Assembly: GCA_037481835.1 (NCBI GenBank)
Contig: JBBFKW010000005.1
Span: 1 to 64,000, forward strand
Origin: Desulfosoma sp.
Lineage (GTDB): Bacteria > Desulfobacterota > Syntrophobacteria > Syntrophobacterales > DSM-9756
Direction of reading: 5' to 3'
Length of the DNA: 64,000 bases
Positions 22,697 through 33,870 of this stretch are shown here, piece after piece. Within the stretch, counting starts at the first letter, position 1. Each line of letters opens with the position of its first letter. Below the pieces are notes generated by a model. It was not told the origin of the DNA, searched no databases, and was given only the letters and a program-made list of their open reading frames with translations. Position numbers and translations under genes: made by a program.

Positions 22697-24414
22697 CTCT
22701 TCTCCGATGTCTGCGCTGTGCCCAGAGCCTTTTCGATCTTGGCCCAGGAATCCTTCAAAGAAACGATTCTGTTGAACACCAGTTCCTCCGGGCTGCTGTC
22801 TCGACTGTCCACACAGAAATACCCCAGCCTTTCAAATTGAAATTGCCGCCCCGCAGGCGCCTCGCGCAGGCTCGGCTCCACGCGGCACTCCTGGAGCACC
22901 TCCAAGGAATTGGGGTTCAGATAGTCGAGAAAGGTCTTTCCGGGCTCCGTGTCGTTGGGGTTTTCCTTGGTGAACAGGCGATCGTACAGGCGCACCTGGG
23001 CTTTAAGGGCATGCCGTGCGGAAACCCAATGGATGGTGCCTTTCACCTTCCGCCCGTCGGGAGACCAGCCCCCGCGGGTGGCGGGGTCGTAGACGCAATG
23101 GATCTCCCGGATCTCTCCCGTCGCCGGGTCTTTGACCACGTCCACGCACGTCACGTAGTATCCGTAACGCAGGCGGACTTCCCGACCAGGAGCCAGTCGG
23201 TGGTACTGCTTCGGCGGATCTTCTCGGAAGTCGTCCCTTTCGATGTAGAGTTCCCGGCAGAAGGGAACCGTGCGTGTCCCCATGGACGGATCCTCGGGGT
23301 TGTTGACCGCCTCCAGTTCTTCCGTGGCCTCCTCAGGATAGTTCATGATGACCATCTTCAGAGGGCGCAAGACCCCCATGACCCGAGGCGCCCTCTTGTT
23401 GAGGTCTTCACGCACGCAGTGCTCCAACAGGGCCATATCGACCACACTGTCCCTCTTGGCCACCCCAATGCGTTCGCAAAAGGTGCGGATGGATTCCGGC
23501 GTATAGCCCCTTCGGCGAAGGCCCGAAATGGTCGGCATGCGGGGATCGTCCCAGCCGCTGACCACCCCTTCCTGAACGAGCTGGATCAACTTGCGCTTGC
23601 TCAGCACCGTGTAGCTCAGGTTGAGCCGCGCGAATTCAATCTGCTGCGGGTGATAGACCCCAAGGACATCGAGAAACCAGTCATAGAGAGGGCGATGATC
23701 TTCGAATTCCAGCGTGCAGATGGAATGGGTGATGCCCTCCAGGGAATCGGAAAGGCAGTGGGCGAAATCATACATGGGATAGATGCACCAGGCATCGCCC
23801 GTCCTGTGGTGGGACGCCTTCTTGATTCGATAGATGACCGGATCCCGCATATTGAGGTTGGGCGAGGCCATGTCGATCTTGGCCCGCAGCACATGCTGCC
23901 CTTCGTCGAATTCCCCCGCTCGCATGCGCCGGAAAAGATCCAGATTCTCCTCCACGGATCGGTTTCGGTACGGGCTGTCTTTTCCCGGCTCGGTCAAGGT
24001 GCCTCTGTATTGGCGGATCTCTTCCGTGCTCAGGCTGTCCACGTAGGCTTTTCCCAATCGGATGAGCTGAACGGCGTAATCATAGAGCTGTTCGAAGTAG
24101 TCCGACGCGTAATAAAGCCGATCCCCCCAATCGAACCCCAACCATCGCACATCCTCTTGGATGGATTCCACGTACTCCACATCTTCTTTGGTCGGATTGG
24201 TGTCGTCGAAGCGAAGATTGCATAACCCGTTGTATTCCAATGCCAGGCCGAAGTTGAGGCAGATGGATTTGGCGTGGCCGATGTGGAGATACCCGTTGGG
24301 TTCGGGCGGGAAGCGCGTGTGCACCCGGCCGCCGAATTTGCCCGTCTTAAGGTCCTCTTCGATGATATCTTTAATGAAGTTGGAAACCGTCGAAACCTCT
24401 TTTTCGACTTTCAT
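22693..24414 (-). CDS. glnS: Glutamine--tRNA ligase
   Basis: [41 protein letters not shown]. Confidence 0.97.
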   Translation of the reverse strand: MKVEKEVSTVSNFIKDIIEEDLKTGKFGGRVHTRFPPEPNGYLHIGHAKSICLNFGLALEYNGLCNLRFDDTNPTKEDVEYVESIQEDVRWLGFDWGDRLYYASDYFEQLYDYAVQLIRLGKAYVDSLSTEEIRQYRGTLTEPGKDSPYRNRSVEENLDLFRRMRAGEFDEGQHVLRAKIDMASPNLNMRDPVIYRIKKASHHRTGDAWCIYPMYDFAHCLSDSLEGITHSICTLEFEDHRPLYDWFLDVLGVYHPQQIEFARLNLSYTVLSKRKLIQLVQEGVVSGWDDPRMPTISGLRRRGYTPESIRTFCERIGVAKRDSVVDMALLEHCVREDLNKRAPRVMGVLRPLKMVIMNYPEEATEELEAVNNPEDPSMGTRTVPFCRELYIERDDFREDPPKQYHRLAPGREVRLRYGYYVTCVDVVKDPATGEIREIHCVYDPATRGGWSPDGRKVKGTIHWVSARHALKAQVRLYDRLFTKENPNDTEPGKTFLDYLNPNSLEVLQECRVEPSLREAPAGRQFQFERLGYFCVDSRDSSPEELVFNRIVSLKDSWAKIEKALGTAQTSEKR

Positions 24415-24424
24415 AAAACCCCCG

Positions 24425-24997
24425 TCAAAAAGCCTGCTTGCTGCGTGGATCAGCGGCTCGGAACCAGAGAAAGAATTTCCAAAATGCGGCAACGATCAAG
24501 GCGTGGGCGATTTCTCCACGCTCCAAAAGGGCGGGAACGCGCTCCACGGGGTGGAGCACCACTTCGATGTCTTCCATGGCGTCAGGACTCGGCTCCGTTC
24601 GCCGCACGGCATTCAGCGCCACGAAAGTGTAGCAACGGTTGTCTTGGATGGCAGGATTTGGAAACGTGTATCCCAGGCTGATCCAGGAGTCGGCCTCATA
24701 CCCGGTTTCTTCCAGCAGTTCCCGCCGAGCCGCCTCCTTGGGGTCGTCCCCCACTTCGATCACCCCGCCGGGAATTTCCAGCGTGACGCCTCGAATCCCA
24801 TGACGCCACTGCCGCACCAGGACGACTTCCCGGGCGGCGGTGACGGGGATGACGTTCACCCAGTTGGGGGCTTCCAAGACATAGACGTCATGGGGTTTTC
24901 CGGTCCTCGGCGAAACAACCCGGTCCCGCCGAAAACCGAAAAGAGGCGTCCCATTCAGTCTTTCGCTACCCAATACGGTCCATGGGCGCACACCCAT
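24425..24997 (-). CDS. NUDIX hydrolase (ADP-ribose pyrophosphatase-like)
   Basis: Nudix box [24 protein letters not shown]. Confidence 0.9.
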   Translation of the reverse strand: MGVRPWTVLGSERLNGTPLFGFRRDRVVSPRTGKPHDVYVLEAPNWVNVIPVTAAREVVLVRQWRHGIRGVTLEIPGGVIEVGDDPKEAARRELLEETGYEADSWISLGYTFPNPAIQDNRCYTFVALNAVRRTEPSPDAMEDIEVVLHPVERVPALLERGEIAHALIVAAFWKFFLWFRAADPRSKQAF

Positions 24998-25053
24998 GAT
25001 ATCCCTCCCATGGGGCATCGCCGTCTAGGCACGGCCGGCCCTGCGGGTGCGCT

Positions 25054-25698
25054 CTACAGGTCGATGACGTGGCAGACGACCACCACGTCTCCGGGAGGCA
25101 GTCCCGGACGGGGCCGATCTCCTGCCGCCGGAATGCGCAGCCGCATTTCATGGACACACCCCGCCGGGACGGCCACGGTGAGGGTGCATGGTTCGAGTAT
25201 TTCCCCCGTGCCGCCGCACCGAGGACATCCTTCGGCCGCCGAAGCACGTCCATTTCCTGCACACTCGGGACAAAAAACACAGCGCTCGTAGGAAATCTTT
25301 TCCCGAGTTCCCAGAGCGGCTTTGGCTTTCGGGATTTGCAAGTCAAAGCGGAGGTCCACTCGGGGCTGAAAGGCCTCATGGCGGGGAGCGCCGCCCAAAA
25401 TGTCGTGAAGCACTTCCGAAACGGCCTCACCCATGTCCCACGACCATTTAAAAAAGGACGCTCGGGATCCGTTGGCCCTATCCCCGTAGCCGCGCTGCAG
25501 GTCGTAAAGTTTTCTCTTTTCAGGATCCGAAAGGACTTCGTAGGCGTCCCGAATCAGACGGAACTTTTCCGCGACCCCGCGACATCCGGGATTGACATCC
25601 GGGTGCCAGCGCAGAGCCTGCCGTCGAAAGGCCCCTTTGATTTCTTCCTGAGACGCCTTTGTCGAGACGCCTAAAATGGTATAGTAACAATACTCCAT
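25054..25698 (-). CDS. Short DnaJ-domain protein
   Basis: J domain (YYTILGV, WHPD, AYEVLSDPEKRKLYD) plus two CxxCxGxG repeats and a partial C-terminal domain. Confidence 0.88.
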   Translation of the reverse strand: MEYCYYTILGVSTKASQEEIKGAFRRQALRWHPDVNPGCRGVAEKFRLIRDAYEVLSDPEKRKLYDLQRGYGDRANGSRASFFKWSWDMGEAVSEVLHDILGGAPRHEAFQPRVDLRFDLQIPKAKAALGTREKISYERCVFCPECAGNGRASAAEGCPRCGGTGEILEPCTLTVAVPAGCVHEMRLRIPAAGDRPRPGLPPGDVVVVCHVIDL

Positions 25699-25833
25699 AG
25701 GGTGCACATCCTGCGCACAGAGAAGGACACGCCCGACGCGGTCCGGCACGCCCCCACCGCGTCAGGCGCCACGGATCATAGTTCGGCTGCACGGCGAAGA
25801 CAAGCCGCAACTCACGAAAGGACGCCCATCCCC

Positions 25834-27363
25834 ATGGTGGCCAAGACCTTCGCCTTCGGAGTTCTCGGAATCCAAGCCTTTCTTGTGGAAGTCGAGGTGG
25901 ATGTGGCTTCAGGTCTTCCGTCTTTCACCGTGGTGGGGCTTCCCGACAACATCGTGCGGGAAAGCAAGGAACGGGTCAAGAGCGCCCTTCTCAATTGCGG
26001 CTATCCTTTTCCCATGGATCGCGTCACCGTCAATCTAGCCCCGGCCCATTTGCGCAAGGAAGGGGCGGCTTTCGACCTCCCCATGGCCATCGGCGTTCTG
26101 GCGGCTTCCGGCTTCCTCGATCCCGAAGCCGTGGCCCGGCCCATCCTCTTGGGGGAACTGTCCCTGGACGGCCGGATCAAGGCCGTTACCGGCTGCCTGC
26201 CCATGGCCATTCGGGCTCGAGAGCTCCATCGGGACATCATGATCGTGCCGGCCGAAAACGCGCCGGAAGCAGCTATTGTCGACGGAACGCACGTCCTTCC
26301 CGCAGCCCATTTGGCGGATGTGGTGGAACACCTTCGCGGAGCCCGTCCCCTTTCGAGAGCCCAGGTGCCGACGGAGGATCTTTTTTCCGGTTCTTCGCAA
26401 GACCCTCTGGACTTGTCGGACGTCAAAGGGCAGGAACATGCCAAGAGGGCCTTGGAGGTGGCAGCGGCCGGAGCCCATAACCTCCTGCTTATCGGCCCGC
26501 CGGGTTCGGGCAAGACCATGCTGGCCCAGCGCCTCCCCACGATCCTTCCTCCCCTCAGCCTTGAAGAATCCCTGGAAACGTCCCAGATTTACAGTGTCGC
26601 CGGTCTCCTCAGGGATCAGCCGCTTATTGTGCGCCGTCCCTTTCGCCACCCTCACCATACCATCTCCGATGCGGGTCTTGTCGGCGGGGGCCACGTGCCT
26701 CGCCCCGGCGAAGTGAGCTTGGCGCACCACGGCGTGCTCTTTCTCGATGAGTTTCCCGAATTCCGCCGAAATATTTTGGACTTGCTTCGACAACCTCTGG
26801 AAGACGGGCAGGTGACCATCGCCCGAGCGTCCATGACCTTGACCTACCCGGCGCGATTCACCCTGGTGGCAGCCATGAACCCTTGTCCGTGCGGTTTCGC
26901 GGGTGATCCGACCAAGTCCTGCCGCTGCTCGGCATTGGAAATCCAGCGCTACCGGAGTCGCATTTCCGGCCCGATCCTGGACCGCATCGACCTTCACGTG
27001 GACGTTCCCGCCGTAAAGGTGGAAGACCTCCAGGGAGAACATGGCGCAGAGTCGTCGAGCCAGGTGCGGAGCCGGGTCATGGAAGCCCGCCAAAGGCAGC
27101 GGGCGCGCTTCTGTAACGAAGGGATTTTTGCCAACGCAGCCATGGGCCCCAAGGAAGTGCAGCGCCACTGCGCTGTGGATCCCCACGGCGAGCGCCTCCT
27201 CCACGAAGCCATCAAAACGCTTCATCTCAGCGCCCGAGCCTACCACAGAATCCTCAAGGTGGCCCGTACCGTCGCCGACCTGGAAGGAACGGAAAGGATC
27301 GCGCCGCATCATGTTCTGGAGGCCATTCAGTACCGGAGCCTTGACCGTACTTTTTGGATGTGA
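25834..27363 (+). CDS. comM: YifB/ComM family Mg-chelatase-like AAA+ ATPase
   Basis: VGLPD...VNLAPA, GPPGSGKT, PFRHPHH, LFLDEFPEF, AAMNPCPCG. Confidence 0.93.
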   Translation: MVAKTFAFGVLGIQAFLVEVEVDVASGLPSFTVVGLPDNIVRESKERVKSALLNCGYPFPMDRVTVNLAPAHLRKEGAAFDLPMAIGVLAASGFLDPEAVARPILLGELSLDGRIKAVTGCLPMAIRARELHRDIMIVPAENAPEAAIVDGTHVLPAAHLADVVEHLRGARPLSRAQVPTEDLFSGSSQDPLDLSDVKGQEHAKRALEVAAAGAHNLLLIGPPGSGKTMLAQRLPTILPPLSLEESLETSQIYSVAGLLRDQPLIVRRPFRHPHHTISDAGLVGGGHVPRPGEVSLAHHGVLFLDEFPEFRRNILDLLRQPLEDGQVTIARASMTLTYPARFTLVAAMNPCPCGFAGDPTKSCRCSALEIQRYRSRISGPILDRIDLHVDVPAVKVEDLQGEHGAESSSQVRSRVMEARQRQRARFCNEGIFANAAMGPKEVQRHCAVDPHGERLLHEAIKTLHLSARAYHRILKVARTVADLEGTERIAPHHVLEAIQYRSLDRTFWM

Positions 27364-27470
27364 AAGTGGGATTCTTTCTTTCCTCTCGGGATTTGCTCCG
27401 CTAGAGTGATTTGTTGAAGTTTCTGGAAGAAGCCGAACATGCCTTGAAAAGGGGGAAGAGCGACACATTG

Positions 27471-29882
27471 ATGGATTACCGGAAAACAGGGTCGACAAAA
27501 CAAAGCCCGTACCATCCGAGGCCCAAGCCTCGCTTGGGAAAGATTCTTGCCATGACCGCCGTGGTGCTGGTTCTGGGCACCGTGGCGGTTCTTGCAGGAG
27601 CGGCCGCCTATTTTCAGCTGGAACGGTCCTTACCGAGCATCCAGTCTTTGAGAGATTACCGGCCGGCGATCGTGAGCACCATCTACGCCGCAGACGGCAC
27701 GGTGATCGGGGAATTTGCGGCGGAACGGCGATACGTGCGCCCCTTGAAGGATTTCCCCCGCCATGTGATCCTGGCTTTTCTGGCCGCGGAAGACGCCAAG
27801 TTTTACGAACACAAGGGCCTGGATTTCGCCAGCATTGTTCGAGCCATGATGAAAAACATCGAGGCGGGAGGGATCGTCCAAGGCGGAAGCACCATCACTC
27901 AGCAAGTGGTCAAAACCCTTTTGCTCACGCCGGAACGCACGTGGGTGCGGAAAATCAAAGAAGCCATACTGGCCTACCGCATCGACCGATCCATGACCAA
28001 GGACGAGATCCTCTACCTCTATCTCAATCAGATCTACCTGGGATCCGGAGCGTACGGCGTGGAAGCTGCAGCCCGAACCTATTTCGGCATCGGGGCCCAC
28101 GACCTCAGCCTGGCCCAGGCGGCGCTCCTTGCAGGCCTTCCCAAGGCCCCCAGCCGGTACAGTCCCTTTCAGAACCTGGACAAGGCCCTGGAGAGGCAAC
28201 AGTACGTGTTGGACCGCATGGTGGAAGTGGGCTTCCTGTCCCAGGAAGAGGCGATGCGGGCCCGCCAGGCCCCCCTGGGGCTTGTGGACTCGGGCGCCGC
28301 GACCCCCTTCCCCATGAACAGCTTCACGGAAGAAGTGCGGCGCCTCATGGAACAAAAATACGGGGCGCAGATGCTTTACCGAGAAGGCCTCGCCATTCAC
28401 ACCACATTGGATGTTCGAGCCCAGCGCCTCGCCGAAAAGGCCGTGATGGAAGGGCTCCGAGAATTGGATAAAAGGCACGGCTACCGGGGCCCTCACGGCC
28501 GTGTGCCGGAAGGGGAAGCCACCGCTTTTTCCAAAGAATTGGCCAAGAAATATCCCCATCCAGGGCCGGGCGATGTGGTGGAGGCCATGGTCTTGGGGTG
28601 CGATGCCCAAGCCCGCCGCTGCCAGGTCGATCTCGGAGCAGGGCGGGGGGCCCTTTTGGATCTCAAGGCCGCCAAATGGGCTTCGGGCTATTTTTCGTCG
28701 CGCCGCATCCCGTTGGACAAGGGGGACCTCGTGTGGGTCCGAGTGCCGCCCTCCGGTGGGGACGGCACGCCGGGAACCGTGTCCTTGGAACAGGAGCCTC
28801 AGACGGAAGGGGCTTTTCTCGCCATGGACCCCCAGACCGGGCGTGTGGTGTGCATGGTGGGGGGAAAGGATTTTTCCAAGAGCCAGTTCAACCGGGCGAC
28901 CCAGGCCTACAGGCAGCCGGGTTCCGCCTTCAAACCCATCATCTATGCCACGGCTTTGGAAAAAGGCTATACGGCCGCTTCCGTATTGATCGACTCGCCC
29001 ATCGTGAAAGACGATCCCAGCCTGAGCGGGCCTTGGAGGCCCGCCAATTATGACAACACCTTTTGGGGGCCTATTTCGCTGCGCGATGCCCTGATCCATT
29101 CGCGCAACGTGGTGACCATCAAGCTGCTGGAAAGCGTCGGCATTCAAGATGTGTTGGATACGGCGCGGCGCTTGGGGATCCGATCGCCCCTCACACCCAC
29201 CCTGTCCTTGGCCTTGGGCGCCTCCGGAGTCAGCCTGTGGGAATTGGTGACGGCCTATTCGGCCTTCGCCGCCCAGGGATGGCGTGTGGAGCCCTACCTT
29301 GTGGAAGCCGTCTATGACCGGAGCGGGAGGCTCCTGGAAAAGCACGAGGTCCGCCAGGAACGGGCTCTATCGCCCCAAACCGCCTTCATCCTCACCGACA
29401 TTCTCCAAGGCGTCATCCGGGAAGGCACGGCACGATCCGTGCGGAGCATCAACCGGCCCGCCGCCGGGAAAACGGGAACCACCAACGAACTCAAAGACGC
29501 CTGGTTCGTCGGGTATACGCCCGATCTCCTTGCCGGCGTTTGGGTCGGCCACGACGACCACCGCCTCTCCCTTGGGAGCAGGGAAACCGGAGGCCGTGCC
29601 GCTGCGCCCATTTGGCTGAGCTTCATGCAGGAATACCTGAGGGATAAGCCGGCGGAAAACTTCCCTGTTCCCGAACACATTGTCTTTGCCAAGGTGGGAA
29701 GGCGAACGGGGGGAGACGCCCCGCAGGAAGGGGGACGAGAAGCCTTTGCGGCGTTCGTGGAAGGCACGGAGCCCTCGGCCCGCGGTGAAACCCCGCCTGC
29801 CGGCGAAGAAACCGGCGGAGCCCGAACGGAAACCACATCGGGCTCTTTCTTCAAATCCGATCTATTTTGGGGCGGCAATTAA
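27471..29882 (+). CDS. mrcA: Penicillin-binding protein 1A (bifunctional transglycosylase/transpeptidase)
   Basis: AEDAKF, GGSTITQQ, RKIKE, RQPGSAFK, SRN, GKTGT. Confidence 0.93.
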   Translation: MDYRKTGSTKQSPYHPRPKPRLGKILAMTAVVLVLGTVAVLAGAAAYFQLERSLPSIQSLRDYRPAIVSTIYAADGTVIGEFAAERRYVRPLKDFPRHVILAFLAAEDAKFYEHKGLDFASIVRAMMKNIEAGGIVQGGSTITQQVVKTLLLTPERTWVRKIKEAILAYRIDRSMTKDEILYLYLNQIYLGSGAYGVEAAARTYFGIGAHDLSLAQAALLAGLPKAPSRYSPFQNLDKALERQQYVLDRMVEVGFLSQEEAMRARQAPLGLVDSGAATPFPMNSFTEEVRRLMEQKYGAQMLYREGLAIHTTLDVRAQRLAEKAVMEGLRELDKRHGYRGPHGRVPEGEATAFSKELAKKYPHPGPGDVVEAMVLGCDAQARRCQVDLGAGRGALLDLKAAKWASGYFSSRRIPLDKGDLVWVRVPPSGGDGTPGTVSLEQEPQTEGAFLAMDPQTGRVVCMVGGKDFSKSQFNRATQAYRQPGSAFKPIIYATALEKGYTAASVLIDSPIVKDDPSLSGPWRPANYDNTFWGPISLRDALIHSRNVVTIKLLESVGIQDVLDTARRLGIRSPLTPTLSLALGASGVSLWELVTAYSAFAAQGWRVEPYLVEAVYDRSGRLLEKHEVRQERALSPQTAFILTDILQGVIREGTARSVRSINRPAAGKTGTTNELKDAWFVGYTPDLLAGVWVGHDDHRLSLGSRETGGRAAAPIWLSFMQEYLRDKPAENFPVPEHIVFAKVGRRTGGDAPQEGGREAFAAFVEGTEPSARGETPPAGEETGGARTETTSGSFFKSDLFWGGN

Positions 29883-29888
29883 AAGGGC

Positions 29889-31853
29889 ATGGCCGAAGGC
29901 GTGACCGTCGAATCCTTTTTCGCTCCGGACGGTGTGCTGGCCTCGGGGCTCCCTCGATTCGAACACCGGCCGTCCCAGATCCGCATGGCCACGGCGGTCT
30001 GGGAATGCTTCAGGGATTCGGGCTGCTTGATGGTCGAAGCCGGCACGGGCACGGGAAAAACCTTCGCGTACCTGGTGCCGGCGCTCCTCAGCGGCCGAAA
30101 AACCGTGATTTCCACGGCCACCAAGGCGCTCCAGGACCAGATCCTGGACCATGACCTTCCTGTGCTCATCCGCCGATTTTTCCCAAAGGCCCGCGTGCGA
30201 TCCCTCAAAGGCCGCAAGAACTATCTGTGCCTGCGTCGATTCAAGGAATTCGCCTATCAGCCGTCCTTTTGGAATCGGGAAGAGGCGGCGCTTTTCGGCG
30301 CCTTGCACGAGTGGGCGGCCCGAACCAAAACCGGGGACCGGTCCGAAGCGGACTGGCTCCCGGACCATTATCAAGCCTGGAACGACATCACGGCCGCAGC
30401 CGACCAGTGCCTGGCCCCCCAGTGCCCTCATTACGGGGAATGCTTCGTCCAAAAGAGCCGCCTTGAGGCGGCCCGGGCAGATCTTCTCATTCTCAACCAC
30501 CATCTCTTCTTCGCCACACTCACCGTCGAAGAACGAGGCTCCGGGGATCTTCTGTCTTCGTTTCCCGCGGTGATCTTCGACGAAGCCCACCATGTGGAAG
30601 ATGTGGCCGGGCTTTACTTCGGGCTGGAATGTGCCGGCTGGACGGTCACGGACCTGTGCCGCGATGTGCTCCGGGGCCTGGCGCAACCCAAGCTTCCCGC
30701 GACTTTTCGGACCGAATGCGCTTCGGGATGCGAAAGGATCTCCCAACTCGTCAAAGAGGTGTTCAAGCAACTGGCGGCCTCCAGTGCGACTCCGGCCGTT
30801 CGGCACCGTTTCGACCCTGCCGCCCTGCCGCCGTCTTTCCAAGAAGCCGTGGGACAACTCCGGGAGGCTTTGGAAAACCTCGGCCGCACCCTCCAAGGGA
30901 TGTCTTCTCCGTCGGCGCTTTGGGATTCCCTAAAAGCGCGCTGCGGGGCCCTGGTATGGAAACTGGACGAGCTTACGGCTCAAGAAAACCCGAATTTCAC
31001 CTACTGGTTCGAAATCGGCGCCCATGCCCCGGCGTTCGCGCTGCGGGCGACACCCCTGGAAATCGCCCCCATCCTTTCCGAAAAGGTCTTTGCCAAAAAA
31101 GAAACCGTCGTCCTGGCCTCGGCCACCTTGGCCACTATGGAACAAAAGCGTCCCAGTTTCCGCTACGCCCGGGAGCGCCTCGGCGTTCCGGAAAGTTCTC
31201 GAGAGCTCTTCGTCCCGTCTCCTTTCGACTTTCAGCACCAGGCCGCTTTGTATATCCCCAAGCCGTTTCCCATGCCCAGCGACCCTCGATTCTGTCAGGC
31301 CATGGCGGAAGAAGCCTATCGGATCATGGGCAAGACGCAGGGGCGTGCCCTGTTTCTCTTCACCAGCTATCGCCACATGCATGAAACCCATCGGCTCCTT
31401 GCCGAGCGCCTGCCTTTCCCCGTCCTTTGTCAAGGAGAAAAGCCCAAGAGAAAGCTCCTTTCAGAGTTTAAGGAAAACATCCATTCGGTGCTCTTCGCCA
31501 CCTATTCCTTCTGGGAAGGCATCGACGTGCCCGGCCAGGCTTTGGCCTGCGTCCTTATCGACAAACTCCCTTTCGAAGTTCCCAACGACCCCATCACCGC
31601 TTCTCGCGTCGAACGGCTTTCCCAGGCCGGAGAAAACGCCTTTTATCGCTACCAAGTCCCGAGGGCCGTCCTGCAACTGAAACAGGGCTTCGGCCGGCTC
31701 ATCCGAACCCGACGGGACAAGGGCGTCCTCGTCCTTTTCGACACGCGCGTTCTCTCCAAACCTTACGGGCGGATCTTTTTGGAAAGCCTTCCTCCCATGC
31801 CCGTGGTGCATCATTTGGATTCCCTGCCGGAACACCTGCTTTCCGTGGACTGA
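29889..31853 (+). CDS. DinG/YoaA family ATP-dependent DNA helicase
   Basis: EAGTGTGKT, KGRKNYLC, Fe-S cysteines, DEAH, FWEGIDVPG, QGFGRLIR. Confidence 0.92.
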   Translation: MAEGVTVESFFAPDGVLASGLPRFEHRPSQIRMATAVWECFRDSGCLMVEAGTGTGKTFAYLVPALLSGRKTVISTATKALQDQILDHDLPVLIRRFFPKARVRSLKGRKNYLCLRRFKEFAYQPSFWNREEAALFGALHEWAARTKTGDRSEADWLPDHYQAWNDITAAADQCLAPQCPHYGECFVQKSRLEAARADLLILNHHLFFATLTVEERGSGDLLSSFPAVIFDEAHHVEDVAGLYFGLECAGWTVTDLCRDVLRGLAQPKLPATFRTECASGCERISQLVKEVFKQLAASSATPAVRHRFDPAALPPSFQEAVGQLREALENLGRTLQGMSSPSALWDSLKARCGALVWKLDELTAQENPNFTYWFEIGAHAPAFALRATPLEIAPILSEKVFAKKETVVLASATLATMEQKRPSFRYARERLGVPESSRELFVPSPFDFQHQAALYIPKPFPMPSDPRFCQAMAEEAYRIMGKTQGRALFLFTSYRHMHETHRLLAERLPFPVLCQGEKPKRKLLSEFKENIHSVLFATYSFWEGIDVPGQALACVLIDKLPFEVPNDPITASRVERLSQAGENAFYRYQVPRAVLQLKQGFGRLIRTRRDKGVLVLFDTRVLSKPYGRIFLESLPPMPVVHHLDSLPEHLLSVD

Positions 31854-32092
31854 GATGGAGATTGCCCGGAAAGACGGCCTTCTTGTCCCGCCAAGCGTTC
31901 GCCCCGCATCCCCAAAGGTCCGGAAAGCTTTCTTGTGATTTTTGGAAGGGCATGCACAGGCGTTGGCCTTTACGACAGGATGCCTGTCCCTTGCGTGAAC
32001 AGATCGGTTATAAAGAAATCAAAGTCTCACCGCCCCCATTGGTGGGGACGTCTCTGCGTCGGCGCATTCATGGGCGGAAAGGAGGGGTCTTC

Positions 32093-33064
32093 ATGGCGCA
32101 CCACGATCAAAAATGCTTCTTGTTGGCCGTGGACGGGTCGGAGCGCTGCCTGGCGGCGGTCAAGCGCTTCGGACAGTTTTTCAAGGACCGGACGGATTGT
32201 CATTGGACAATCCTCCACTGCGTCCAGCAGCACCTCATGCTGTACCCGGGGGAACTGTGGGATGCGGACACCTCCCTTCGAGTGGCCAAGAGCACCCAGG
32301 AAAAGATCTGCCAAAGCATTACCGGTCGATGCCGCGACGCGCTCTTGGAACTCGGCTTCGAAAGCGACCGGATCGAAACCTTGTGCCGTTTGGACAGCCT
32401 GGACCCGGGCCAGGATGTCATCAAGGTGGCGGCGGAGAAAAAAATTCCATGCATCGCCGTGGGCCGTCGTGGCCTTTCGCCGGCGGAAAACATCCTCATC
32501 GGCAGCGTCTCCACCCGCGTGGTCCAGTACGAAGAATATCGAACCGTGTGGATCATGGAGCCTGACGCCCCTTCCACCGGGAACGTGCTCATCGCGGTGG
32601 AATCCCATCCCGAATGCCGCGCCTTGACCTATTACGTCCGCGAATGGATCGGCCCCACGCCGGGAAAGCATTACACGTTCCTGCACATTCTGCCGCCCGT
32701 TCCACCGGCCTTGTGGGATGACGGCCATATCCTGGATGAACAGGAACGAGCCGCACGGCTTTCTTGGAAACGCCACTGGGAGGAAGAAAAACGCCGGCAG
32801 GTGGACCAGTTCATGGACGAAGCCCGTGAAGTGCTGCGCACGCAAGGAATTCCCAATGAGGCCATTCAATGCCGGATCGTGCCGGTCCAAAAGGGAGTGG
32901 CCCGGGATCTGCTCGCCCATATCGAAAGCGGGCAGTACGAGGCCGTGGTCATGGGCAAGCGGAGCCTTCGCGAGAAAAAGCCTTTCCTTGTGGGCAGCCA
33001 CGCCAACAAGGTCCTGCAGCACGCCCGGAAGGTGCATCTGTGCCTGGTGGGAAGAGCGTGTTGA
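32093..33064 (+). CDS. Tandem universal stress protein
   Basis: Two USP repeats (LLAVDGS...GRRGLS...GSVS; VVMGKR...GSHANKV). Confidence 0.85.
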   Translation: MAHHDQKCFLLAVDGSERCLAAVKRFGQFFKDRTDCHWTILHCVQQHLMLYPGELWDADTSLRVAKSTQEKICQSITGRCRDALLELGFESDRIETLCRLDSLDPGQDVIKVAAEKKIPCIAVGRRGLSPAENILIGSVSTRVVQYEEYRTVWIMEPDAPSTGNVLIAVESHPECRALTYYVREWIGPTPGKHYTFLHILPPVPPALWDDGHILDEQERAARLSWKRHWEEEKRRQVDQFMDEAREVLRTQGIPNEAIQCRIVPVQKGVARDLLAHIESGQYEAVVMGKRSLREKKPFLVGSHANKVLQHARKVHLCLVGRAC

Positions 33065-33162
33065 GAAGAGCGCGGATCCGACCTTGACAACAGGCGGGCG
33101 CCCTCCATAATGCTCGGCGGTTTGGTCCTGTGGCAACCGCCGGAGATGGAGGGACAACAATC

Positions 33163-33606
33163 GTGAACCATCGAGCGTTCCGCCTGCTGCTCAACCTTTA
33201 TCCCCCGTATCTGGGGGCGGGCGTGCGCGTGCGCCATGTGTCTCCCGATTTTCGGGAAATCGTGGTGGAAATGCCGCTCCGCTTCTTCAACCGCAACTAC
33301 GTGGGCACCCACTTCGGCGGCAGTCTTTACGCCATGGTCGATCCTTTTTACATGCTCATGCTCATCAAGAACCTGGGCCCCGATTACATCGTCTGGGACA
33401 AGGCCGCATCCATCGAGTTCGTCAAGCCCGGCAGGGGGACTGTGCGGGCCCACTTCCGCCTGGACGAAAAGGTCCTCGATGAGATCAAGGAAAAAGTCAA
33501 AGACGGGGGAAAGTGTCTCCCCACGTTCACGGTCCCCGTGGTGGACCGCCATGGGGACGTGGTCGCTCGAGTGGAAAAGGTTTTGTACGTGAGAAAGAAG
33601 CCCTGA
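33163..33606 (+). CDS. Hotdog-fold thioesterase-like protein (DUF4442-like)
   Basis: [45 protein letters not shown]. Confidence 0.8.
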   Translation: MNHRAFRLLLNLYPPYLGAGVRVRHVSPDFREIVVEMPLRFFNRNYVGTHFGGSLYAMVDPFYMLMLIKNLGPDYIVWDKAASIEFVKPGRGTVRAHFRLDEKVLDEIKEKVKDGGKCLPTFTVPVVDRHGDVVARVEKVLYVRKKP

Positions 33607-33870
33607 AGTCGGGGACTTGGGCTTAGGGGATCGTGTCCGAAGGCGTCATGGCTCGGAAGAAAACATTGGCGCGCACGGTTGGAACGGTGCACCGCCGTGC
33701 GGATGCGATCCCAAGATCCGTCCCTTAAATGGAAAGAAAGGAGGCTCAATCCGAAAAATCCAAGAGACGCCCGCGATCGTTCTGTTTTTCCTCATGTGGT
33801 GACGGTTCCTTATCCCATTGTGCCATGCTGCGCGTGCGACAGCTCATGTGCCTACTGGAGTGGAGAAGCG

